Source of the DNA: Candidatus Daviesbacteria bacterium
GTDB lineage: Bacteria; Patescibacteriota; Microgenomatia; Daviesbacterales; UBA10151
Length of the DNA: 64,000 bases
NCBI GenBank assembly: GCA_016186955.1
Contig: JACPKP010000004.1
Span: 142,563-206,562, forward strand
Direction of reading: 5' to 3'
The notes under the pieces were generated by a model. That model made no database searches. It was not told the DNA's origin and saw only the letters and a list, made by a program, of their open reading frames with translations. This document shows, piece after piece, positions 56,452 through 64,000 of the stretch (position 1 is its first letter; each line of letters opens with the position of its first letter). The translations under genes were made by a program, and so were the position numbers.

Positions 56452-56693
56452 AAGTTAAAATTTGCAAGCTTGAATAGGGTTAGCAAAAGGATCGCTGCAA
56501 CAAATGCCGTTGTGACAGGAAAATAGAGCCTGAACCCGAACTTATCAACTATCATATCCCAGGGAAATCTGGGAAGATTGGGCTCAAAATTAAAAATTAA
56601 GGTCAAAATCCCGAATGTGCCTATTAAAATATATATCCCATGCAAAATAGCAGTCACACCTAAATCATACCAAATCTTTTTTAACAATTTCAT
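56448..56693 (-). CDS. Small membrane protein (hypothetical)
   Basis: Two hydrophobic helices. The start is uncertain and it overlaps the 3' end of the upstream gene. Confidence 0.25.
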   Translation of the reverse strand: MKLLKKIWYDLGVTAILHGIYILIGTFGILTLIFNFEPNLPRFPWDMIVDKFGFRLYFPVTTAFVAAILLLTLFKLANFNF

Positions 56694-57876
56694 TAGGTAA
56701 AGTTGTTTTAAAACTCCCGATTTTAACCCCAGGGTAGACAGAGGTGTTGATACCAAGCTTTACACCATCTCCGATAACTGCCCCAAATTTATTCCTGCCG
56801 GTATCAGTCAGTTCATTATTTATCATCATTTTGATATTTTTAAAATCATGCCTTAAATTGGCAACTTTGGAGCCTGCACCAAAGTTTGTTGTATTCCCGA
56901 TAATGCTGTCACCAACGTATGATTGGTGCCTTAAACTGACATCATTACCCAAGCTGGACCTGACAACCTCCGAACCGTTTCCCACAAAACAATTATTTCC
57001 AAGCGCCGCAAAACCCTTAAGGTAGCAGTTTGGCCCGATAACACAGTTTTCCCCGATATAAAAATTTCCCTCAAGGTATGCGCCACTCTTGATAATTGAA
57101 CCTTTTCCTAAAAAAATTTTACCTTTTATTGTGACGCCTTTTTCCACCTTGCCCAATATTAAACTCTTTTTCATGCCTGAAAATAGTTTTTGTGTAGCTT
57201 CCAGAATTTGCCAGGGGTAGCTGATTGGGATTGAACCCATGTCATTTCGGATAATCTTAATAAACCGGTCTTTGGCATACAAATTGATCAGGTCTGTTAC
57301 TTCAAATTCACCCCTTTTGGATAATTTAATTTTTGGGCAGTATTGAAAAATTTTGCTGCCAACAAAGTAAAAACCGGTGTTGGCCAGGTTGCTGATAAAT
57401 TTTTTGGGCTTTTCTACAATTTCTGTTAACCTGCCGTTGTTTGATTTTACCGCACCTACACTGCTGCAATCCTCCTGGCGCCTGCAAATCAGAAAATCCT
57501 TACCCAAAAAGCTCTTTTGGAAGAGTTCCTTGGAATAGATATCATCACCGTTGATAATTACCAGCCTGCTGCCCCCAATAACATCTTTCACTAAGCCCAG
57601 TGCAACTGCATTACCATTTAATTTTTTCTGGGTGACATATTTTATGGGGACGCCTTTGTAAGATTTTCCAAAATAATCCCTGATCAGGCTTTCTAAATGT
57701 CCCACAACCATAACTATTTCCGAAATATACCTGTATGCATTCTCCATGTTCCATTCAAGGATTAGTTTACCGGCAATTTTAATCAGGGGTTTGGGGGTGG
57801 TATTTGTTAAAGGCTGAAGCCTGGTGCCTTTTCCTGCAGCCAGGATAATCAGAGACGGTTTATCCATAATTTCCAT
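56665..57876 (-). CDS. Bifunctional-type sugar-1-phosphate nucleotidyltransferase with C-terminal left-handed beta-helix (GlmU-like)
   Basis: 'LIILAAGKGTRLQPLTNTTPKPL' is the NTP-transferase motif. C-terminal hexapeptide repeats are present. The start is set at 'MEIMDKP' because the ORF-track N-terminus 'MDPRFRGDD' is a translated palindromic repeat. Confidence 0.7.
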   Translation of the reverse strand: MEIMDKPSLIILAAGKGTRLQPLTNTTPKPLIKIAGKLILEWNMENAYRYISEIVMVVGHLESLIRDYFGKSYKGVPIKYVTQKKLNGNAVALGLVKDVIGGSRLVIINGDDIYSKELFQKSFLGKDFLICRRQEDCSSVGAVKSNNGRLTEIVEKPKKFISNLANTGFYFVGSKIFQYCPKIKLSKRGEFEVTDLINLYAKDRFIKIIRNDMGSIPISYPWQILEATQKLFSGMKKSLILGKVEKGVTIKGKIFLGKGSIIKSGAYLEGNFYIGENCVIGPNCYLKGFAALGNNCFVGNGSEVVRSSLGNDVSLRHQSYVGDSIIGNTTNFGAGSKVANLRHDFKNIKMMINNELTDTGRNKFGAVIGDGVKLGINTSVYPGVKIGSFKTTLPNEIVKKDLV

Positions 57877-57901
57877 GTCATCCCCGCGGAAGCGGGGATC
57901 C
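57877..57901. repeat. RPE-like palindromic repeat (gtcatccccgcggaagcggggatcc) abutting the glmU-like start
   Basis: Family member with a C/G variant. It reads as 'DPRFRGDD' in the gene frame. Confidence 0.7.
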
Positions 57902-57911
57902 AATTAAAATC

Positions 57912-59669
57912 CTACCTCACAACGACTGACTTTGCCAGATTTCTAGGTCTATCAGGGTTCAACCCTAATTTCAAAGCCAGATAGTATGACAAAAGCTGGG
58001 CAAAAACAGGGTGGGGGATAACTGAGCTTGCCCCAACATCCCTTACCTTAAAAAAGAAGTCAAAAACCGGATTGTTCTCCGGTCCTACACCGATAATAAA
58101 TGCGCCCCGTGCCTTAACCTCCATGGCGTTTGCCAAAATGGCCTGTTTAGTTTCATCTTCCGGTACAAAAACTATCACAGGAGTATTTTTTTCTATTAGC
58201 GCAATCACTCCATGCTTAAGCTCTCCTCCTGCAAAACCCTCAGCATGGATATAGGCGTTTTCCTTAATTTTAAGACTTGATTCCATTGCAACAGGGTACG
58301 AAAGCCCCCTTCCCAAAATGAAAATATTTTTCTGGTGGAATATTTTACCTGCTAAATTTTTGATTGCAGACCTCCTTTTAAGAATTGATTCAATTTCTCT
58401 GGCGCTTTCAAGGATTATTTTTTGGGCTGTTTTTCTTTTACCAACAAGACAATAAGATAAAAACACCATATGGGCAAACATGGCTGTCAAAGCCTTTGTG
58501 GAACATACTGCTTTTTCAACACCTGCCCTCAGCAAAACAGGGAAATCCACGCTCCTGTACAAGGTTGAGCCTAAAACATTAACCAAAGCAACTGTTTTTG
58601 CACCATGCTTTTTTGCTGAAAGTACAGGTTCAAGCGTATCAATGCTTTCCCCTGACTGTGAAACAGCCACCACCAGGCTTTTAGGCTTTATGTAATCCTC
58701 GATATAATTGAACTCAGATCCAACTGAAAAGTTAACATGTTTTTTGGCTATTTTTGAGAAAAGATAAACTCCCAGCAGACATGAATAACTGGCCGATCCG
58801 CAAGCGATAAAAAATGTCCCATAGGCTTTCCTGATCATGCCCGCCACTTGCTCCACCTCTTTGGCGTTTTGTGCAATATTCCGGAGCGCCTTTGGCTGCT
58901 CATATATTTCTTTTTCTAAAAAGTATTTATATTTTTGCAGGCCTGAAGTACTGTGTTCCCAAGGCACCGTAGTAATAATAGGCTGAAGTTTTCTGGAGTT
59001 TAGGCTGTTGTAAAGCTCTAATTCTTTATTTAACCTGATAAGCTGGTTATCTTGTAAAAACACTAATTTTTTTGTGTGGGGGAGTAAGGCGTTCGGATCG
59101 GAAGCAATAAAAAGTTTTCCATTGCCAACACCTGCGATAAGGGGTGAACCAACTTTAGCTGCAATAATTTCATTCCCATCAGATACCACAATAGCGTTTA
59201 ATCCGCGTAATTTCTGGAATATATTTAAAACCGCTTGATTTAAACCATTTTTTTTTAGCGCTTCTTCAATCAAGTGTACGATCACCTCGGTATCAGTTTC
59301 AGATTTCAGATTGTGGCTTTTAAGGGTTTTTTTAAGCTCAAGATAATTCTCAACTATGCCGTTATGGACTAAAACCAGTTTGCCGCTGCAATCTTTATGT
59401 GGGTGGGCATTAATTTGAGTAACACCTCCATGTGTGGCCCAGCGGGTATGCCCTATTGCCAATCCCACACCGTCATTCCCGCGAAAGCGGGAATCCATTA
59501 TTTTTGGTAAAAAACCTGTGTTTTTTTCTATCTTCCATATTCCATCTTCTATATTCCAACTTGCTATTCCCCAAGAATCATAACCCCTGTACTCTATATC
59601 TTTGAGGCCATTAAAGGTTGTTTGAACCGCATTTGTATCCTGACCAATTACCCCAAAAATTCCGCACAT
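57912..59669 (-). CDS. glmS: Glutamine--fructose-6-phosphate aminotransferase
   Basis: 'MCGIFGV', 'GHTRWATHG' and two SIS domains with 'SQSGES' are present. It carries a 9-aa in-frame insertion from a palindromic repeat. Confidence 0.9.
   Translation of the reverse strand: MCGIFGVIGQDTNAVQTTFNGLKDIEYRGYDSWGIASWNIEDGIWKIEKNTGFLPKIMDSRFRGNDGVGLAIGHTRWATHGGVTQINAHPHKDCSGKLVLVHNGIVENYLELKKTLKSHNLKSETDTEVIVHLIEEALKKNGLNQAVLNIFQKLRGLNAIVVSDGNEIIAAKVGSPLIAGVGNGKLFIASDPNALLPHTKKLVFLQDNQLIRLNKELELYNSLNSRKLQPIITTVPWEHSTSGLQKYKYFLEKEIYEQPKALRNIAQNAKEVEQVAGMIRKAYGTFFIACGSASYSCLLGVYLFSKIAKKHVNFSVGSEFNYIEDYIKPKSLVVAVSQSGESIDTLEPVLSAKKHGAKTVALVNVLGSTLYRSVDFPVLLRAGVEKAVCSTKALTAMFAHMVFLSYCLVGKRKTAQKIILESAREIESILKRRSAIKNLAGKIFHQKNIFILGRGLSYPVAMESSLKIKENAYIHAEGFAGGELKHGVIALIEKNTPVIVFVPEDETKQAILANAMEVKARGAFIIGVGPENNPVFDFFFKVRDVGASSVIPHPVFAQLLSYYLALKLGLNPDRPRNLAKSVVVR
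59472..59496. repeat. RPE-like palindromic repeat inserted in-frame within glmS
   Basis: gtcattcccgcgaaagcgggaatcc translates on the coding strand to 'MDSRFRGND', immediately before 'GVGLAIGHTRWATHG'. Confidence 0.75.
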
Positions 59670-59711
59670 GAGTTATGAGAACAGACCTAAATTAACACAA
59701 AGCGGTAAAAA

Positions 59712-59749
59712 ATGTCAAAAAGAAGGGCGCCTGGGAAACCCAGGCGCCC
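59712..59749 (-). terminator. Rho-independent terminator (minus orientation): 10-bp GC stem gggcgcctgg/ccaggcgccc followed by U-run
   Basis: It lies downstream of the tRNA-Val/tRNA-Leu genes and upstream of glmS. Confidence 0.4.
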
Positions 59750-59955
59750 TGCGGCCGGAGGCCGACGCTGATCAGTGCATTAATACGAACTGGTTGTTTA
59801 CGTTACTCACGTCACAGTCCTCCTCCAGTTGGTAAATTCTTACAAAGGTAAGCAGGCTGCATTGAAATTTGAATTTCCTCAAATAATCCCTGCCACCTCT
59901 GTAAGTTTGGATATAATACCACGTTAAAACTCATATGTCAAGTATTATAGGATAA

Positions 59956-60029
59956 GATGTTTTTGTGGACTCCAGAGGGTTCGAACCTCTGACCTCTTCA
60001 GTGTAAATGAAGCGCTCTAACCAGCTGAG
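59956..60029 (-). tRNA. tRNA-Val (UAC)
   Basis: Cloverleaf by hand: acceptor ggactcc/ggagtcc, anticodon loop TTTACAC, T-loop TTCGAAC. Confidence 0.85.
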
Positions 60030-60033
60030 CTAG

Positions 60034-60117
60034 GAGTCCTTAGTGCCGAGGAGAGGACTCGAACCTCCACGCTCTTGCGAGCACATGCACCTCAAGCATG
60101 CCTGTCTGCCAGTTCCA
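60034..60117 (-). tRNA. tRNA-Leu (GAG), type II long variable arm
   Basis: Acceptor gccgggg/cctcggc. Anticodon stem catgc/gcatg with loop TTGAGGT. Variable arm tgctcgcaagagcgt. Confidence 0.8.
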
Positions 60118-60340
60118 GCACCCCGGCATTTTGGTTTATTATACCTAAAGCTTGTTCTATTTTAAACCTTTCCCTCTCTAAACTTAGTACCCAAAAATTT
60201 TTGTCTTGTTTGGCATTAAACCAATATTCAGTAAAAATCTATATAATTTTACATTGCCAAACTGAATTTGATAATAGTTACTTTTGGGGTTATTTGATAA
60301 GCTTTCTATATTGAATTTGAAGAGTAATCTTATTTTACTT

Positions 60341-60778
60341 TTACGCTTTTTTTTGTTCCTGGCTTAACAGTAAGTAGGCAAATTCCAAAATTTGAGGCAC
60401 CATGTAATTTTTGAGTCTAACTACTACATGTCTTGGTACACGAGCTCCTTTATCTGGAGAATAAACCTCTACTACACCATCAGGTTTAGTCATCTGCAAA
60501 TTTACCATTAATTCAGAATTTCGATTTTCATAGTAATAGTCGACAGCATTATAAAAATCTTCTTTGCTGTAATATTCTCTCGCAGCAACACTATCTCCAT
60601 CAGCAGTATAATATAATAAACAGATTCTATCTCTATCTTGTCTATCTTGTTGAAAACTATCACAATCCTGCAAAGATGTCAGTATTTCTATTGACCTTAG
60701 CTTATCTATATTTGGGTTAGGATTTTGCTCTGTTTCACTCATGCTAGGAATAATACCATAAAAAAAAGACAATGTCAA
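60341..60778 (-). CDS. Hypothetical protein (orphan ORF between the two tRNA-Leu genes)
   Basis: ORF only. It is flanked by AT-rich non-coding DNA. Confidence 0.3.
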   Translation of the reverse strand: MTLSFFYGIIPSMSETEQNPNPNIDKLRSIEILTSLQDCDSFQQDRQDRDRICLLYYTADGDSVAAREYYSKEDFYNAVDYYYENRNSELMVNLQMTKPDGVVEVYSPDKGARVPRHVVVRLKNYMVPQILEFAYLLLSQEQKKA

Positions 60779-60882
60779 CTATGGGTCTACTGTTCAAATC
60801 ATTCGCTCCTGAAACCTCCATAAAGGAGTTACTAGTGTCTTTCGTACAACCCACATAGGTGTATGCCTATCCTTAAGATTAG

Positions 60883-60965
60883 TGCCGAGGAGAGGAGTTG
60901 AACCTCCACGGGATTGCTCCCACAACGTTCTGAACGTTGCGTGTCTACCATTCCACCACCCCGGC
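60883..60965 (-). tRNA. tRNA-Leu (CAG), type II
   Basis: Acceptor gccgggg/cctcggc. Anticodon stem caacg/cgttg with loop TTCAGAA. Long variable arm. Confidence 0.8.
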
Positions 60966-61011
60966 TTTAAACTTAATTCTACCTTAATTTTTAATTTTTT
61001 GCATTTTTCAT

Positions 61012-62034
61012 TTGGTGTATAATCGGGGCAGGAAAATGACAGAGTTTAGGATTGTCACTTTTGGGGGAGGAACCGGGCACTATACGCTGTTGCGCGGGCT
61101 TGTTGAACAAAACAGGCCGGAGTCCGTCACAGCCGTCCCTTCAACCTGGGATGACGGGGGATCCTCGGGAAGGCTCCGTACCGAGATGGGGGTGTTGCCC
61201 CAAGGTGATGCCAGACAATGCTTACTGGCTCTAATGACCAGTGATGAGCAAAGGCAGGTGGCGCAGCAGCTTTTCAATGACAGGTTTGCCAGCGAACGCG
61301 GACCCCTGAAAGGCCACAGCCTGGGAAATCTTATCTTTGCCAGGCTGGAGCGGACTTTCCAGGGCCAGGACCGGGGGCTTGAAGCAGCCAGAATCCTTTT
61401 TAAGGTTAAATCCAAAATCATACCGCCTACTTTAACAAATACAATTTTAATAGCCAAAACAAAAAAAGGGGTCATTATAGAGGGTGAAACAAATGTTGAC
61501 CACAGAAAAAAAAGAGAGGACTTTGACCCGAAAGACAGAATTTCCAGATTATATTTTGACACCAAAGCAGATGCAAACCCTCAAGCGCTTCATGAAATAA
61601 GTAAAGCTGATGTTTTAATTTTCTCATCAGGGGATTTATATACCAGTATCCTGCCGCATCTTTTAATTTCCGGGATACAGGAGGGGATACTTTCATCAAA
61701 AGCTAAGCTTTTTTTTATAGTAAATTTGATGACCAAGGCAGGTGAGACTGATTTCTATAAAGCGTCCGATCATATTGAGGTTTTTCTGCATTATTTGGGG
61801 GATCCAAAAAGGTTAAATTACATCGTTGTCAATGAAAACCGCATCGACAAGAAAGTTATTAACCAATACAGGGAAGAAAGCCAGGAATTGGTTAAAATTG
61901 ATGCTGAAAGAATCCATAAGCTGGCCGCAAAATCAAGGATACTCAAGGCCCCAATGGCCTTATATTTTCCCAAAGAACATCTTTTACGCCATAACCCTGA
62001 GGTCTTGGCATCAACAATACTTAAAGCTGCCTGA
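61012..62034 (+). CDS. YvcK/UPF0052 (CofD-like) gluconeogenesis-factor family protein
   Basis: '[14 protein letters not shown]' and '[11 protein letters not shown]' are present. Confidence 0.75.
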   Translation: MVYNRGRKMTEFRIVTFGGGTGHYTLLRGLVEQNRPESVTAVPSTWDDGGSSGRLRTEMGVLPQGDARQCLLALMTSDEQRQVAQQLFNDRFASERGPLKGHSLGNLIFARLERTFQGQDRGLEAARILFKVKSKIIPPTLTNTILIAKTKKGVIIEGETNVDHRKKREDFDPKDRISRLYFDTKADANPQALHEISKADVLIFSSGDLYTSILPHLLISGIQEGILSSKAKLFFIVNLMTKAGETDFYKASDHIEVFLHYLGDPKRLNYIVVNENRIDKKVINQYREESQELVKIDAERIHKLAAKSRILKAPMALYFPKEHLLRHNPEVLASTILKAA

Positions 62035-62147
62035 ATTATCCAATGTTGCTTGAATTTGACATTCTGCAGGTTATGGGATATAATTATGAACTAGATCCTG
62101 GAGTATGACCCCTCATACCCCAGGATTTTTTGACGCGAGGAATAAAT

Positions 62148-62747
62148 ATGAGCAATAAAATTATTTTGTCGGCGCTGCTTTCATTGATATTTATCACTTT
62201 GCCTATATCCACGGCGGAAAGTTTGGTGGATAAAAAACAAGAGATTAAATTTGAAGCCAAAAAACTTGATAACCGCGCTATAGTTTTAAAGGATTATCTG
62301 GAAAAACATAATTCACCCCTGCAATATCATTCACAGGATTTCATTGATGCGGCTGACACATACCATTTAGACTGGAAATTGGTACCCGCTATTGCCGGCG
62401 TCGAATCCACTTTTGGAAAAGCCATACCCGGAGGATATAATGGTTGGGGTTGGGGAGTATATGGCAACCAGGCTTTGGAATTTGAGTCCTGGAATGACGG
62501 AATTCATACCGTAAGCCAGGGGTTGAAAGAGAATTATGTCAATAGGGGTTTAACCACTCCGGCAGCCATGAACCGTGTTTATGCCGCTTCACCAACTTGG
62601 GGCAATAAAGTCAATTATTTTATGAACGATATTGAAAAATACGCAAAATCCCAAAATTACTCCGGGCCGGAGGAACTTCCGGTAAAATATAGCTCTCCTG
62701 AAGCAAAAACAGCAGCTATATCTGCAAAGCTTACCCTCAAACCTTAA
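62148..62747 (+). CDS. Secreted peptidoglycan-hydrolase-like protein (glucosaminidase/lytic-transglycosylase-like)
   Basis: Signal peptide and RBS GAGGAA. 'LVPAIAGVESTFGKAIPGGYNGWGWG' resembles glucosaminidase/SLT active-site regions. Confidence 0.35.
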   Translation: MSNKIILSALLSLIFITLPISTAESLVDKKQEIKFEAKKLDNRAIVLKDYLEKHNSPLQYHSQDFIDAADTYHLDWKLVPAIAGVESTFGKAIPGGYNGWGWGVYGNQALEFESWNDGIHTVSQGLKENYVNRGLTTPAAMNRVYAASPTWGNKVNYFMNDIEKYAKSQNYSGPEELPVKYSSPEAKTAAISAKLTLKP

Positions 62748-64000
62748 CTTTGGTAAAGTATGCGGGTAGCTTGATAGATAGCATCCGTTAAAAACTTGAG
62801 GTCCGCCTGGGTAGAAACAAGCGGCGGGGTAAAACGGATGGCTGGGAATGATTTAGAAGCCGGATATGTCCATACTCCCAACTCACGCAGCTTTAAATTG
62901 ACTAAATCCCTCATCTTTGGATCAGGGATGCCATTTTTATCATAAAATTTAATGCTTCTGTACAAACCTATCCCGTCTACTTTTAAAGAGGGTAGCCTCA
63001 TATTATGAAGATTTAAGATATCATAGGGCTCTATTGCATTTTTCAGCATTTTCCCAAACTCCGGTGAAAGGTTACGGGCATTTTCAACTATTTTTTCTTC
63101 CTCATAGATCCTCATTACAAAATTTGCTGCAGCCATCCCGGCGTTATATCCCGGAAAGGTCCCAGAAATTTTACCATGCGGGAAATTATAAAGATCGTTT
63201 ATCCCTTTTTTTAATACAAAACATGAAACCGGGACAATGACGCCCAAAGACTTTCCCAAAACAATTGCATCCGGGTTAAGCCCTAATGCCTGATACCCAA
63301 ACCACTCACCACATCTGCCCATTCCCGCCTGAATCTCATCAGATATAGAATAAACCCCTTCCGTCTTCAAAAAATCTTCTACCTCTTTTATGTAACGGCC
63401 CACCCTCATACCGCCCCCTTCACCCTGCACTGGTTCATACAATAAATATGAAAATACTTTCAAGTTCAAGCTCTTTAGTTTTTCTAAACATGCTTTCAGT
63501 CCTTCTTTTGTTTCGGGATAAGGCAAGCGGTAAGCATGATGATCCCTCTCCGCCTCGTTCCAATGGATCGGGTTGGAATCTGAACTGTCCCTGGCTTCAC
63601 CGTGGCGTCCATGAAAGGCTTTCTCAAATGTCAGCCAATAGGGCCTTCCTGTAACCGTCCGAAAATATCGGAGGGCGTCATTGGCGCCAAGCGCCCCGGT
63701 GACATCCGGGAAACATATTGTATTTTCCGGACCAAAGGTATGCTGAGCCAACCGCCTTTGCAGTCCAGGAGGAGAGATCTCCATCCGCTCTCCATCCACT
63801 GTTAAAAAACTTCTGGCATAGCAATCTGTATTAATGGAAGAGGTGATGATCTTTTCCCGGGCGGCTTTAGCGTAATACTTTCTGGTCCAACTAATAAGTT
63901 TAGGGTGGTTATGGCCAATATTAACCATACTTACTTGTGAGGCTGCATCAAAATATTTCTTCCCATCCTCATCCCAAACCCAAACCCCGTCCCCCTTGCA
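62744..64000 (-). CDS. Class-III PLP-dependent aminotransferase (partial; N-terminus beyond window)
   Basis: 'DEIQAGMGRCGEWF...GKSLG' is the PLP-Lys region. The translation continues in-frame past 63928 to the window edge. Confidence 0.75.
   Translation of the reverse strand, partial: CKGDGVWVWDEDGKKYFDAASQVSMVNIGHNHPKLISWTRKYYAKAAREKIITSSINTDCYARSFLTVDGERMEISPPGLQRRLAQHTFGPENTICFPDVTGALGANDALRYFRTVTGRPYWLTFEKAFHGRHGEARDSSDSNPIHWNEAERDHHAYRLPYPETKEGLKACLEKLKSLNLKVFSYLLYEPVQGEGGGMRVGRYIKEVEDFLKTEGVYSISDEIQAGMGRCGEWFGYQALGLNPDAIVLGKSLGVIVPVSCFVLKKGINDLYNFPHGKISGTFPGYNAGMAAANFVMRIYEEEKIVENARNLSPEFGKMLKNAIEPYDILNLHNMRLPSLKVDGIGLYRSIKFYDKNGIPDPKMRDLVNLKLRELGVWTYPASKSFPAIRFTPPLVSTQADLKFLTDAIYQATRILYQS

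Noticed and set aside
56448-56756. Full 102-aa version of the small membrane ORF
   Set aside because: Its 5' third overlaps the GlmU-like gene C-terminus in another frame. Only the portion from an internal Met (56448-56693) is retained, at low confidence.
59670-59955. glmS ribozyme in the glmS 5' leader
   Set aside because: Conserved core elements (e.g. GACGAGGA, GGCGGAUGCC) were not found on the minus strand. The GC hairpin plus U-run fits a terminator of the upstream tRNA genes better.

Overview
This is a low-GC (~38-40%) bacterial chromosomal segment with dense, mostly short-intergenic coding on both strands. The following housekeeping genes can be recognised from motifs: carA/carB, murA, purF, dxr, glmS, a GlmU-like sugar-1-P nucleotidyltransferase, msrA, msrB, and a YvcK-like protein. 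There are five tRNAs: Gln-UUG, Gly-GCC, Val-UAC, Leu-GAG and Leu-CAG. An accessory stretch at ~2.1-7.4 kb next to tRNA-Gln holds a Fic protein flanked by iteron-like repeats, a tRNA-derived tandem repeat array, and an Ndt-like/NUDIX fusion protein. A thiol/methionine-sulfoxide repair module is present (membrane thioredoxin, DipZ-like CcdA-TlpA fusion, MsrB, MsrA, and a DsbA/DsbB pair). There are IS1595 and IS630 transposase remnants, a 78-bp GC-rich MITE-like repeat, and a Phd/RelE toxin-antitoxin (TA) pair. Tandem paralogous solute-binding proteins sit beside a sensor histidine kinase. A ~16-kb cell-surface glycosylation locus contains GT2, GT4 and GT-C enzymes, a 1210-aa GT2-flippase-GT4 fusion, a kinase-like protein, a sortase and its LPKTG substrate. 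The most unusual signal is a family of short palindromic repeats (GTCATYCCCGC...GCGGGRATCC) that occur in intergenic regions and also in-frame inside carA and glmS, reminiscent of Rickettsia palindromic elements. No CRISPR array, cas genes, integrase or reverse transcriptase was seen. All calls are from reading motifs in the supplied translations; no database search was possible.
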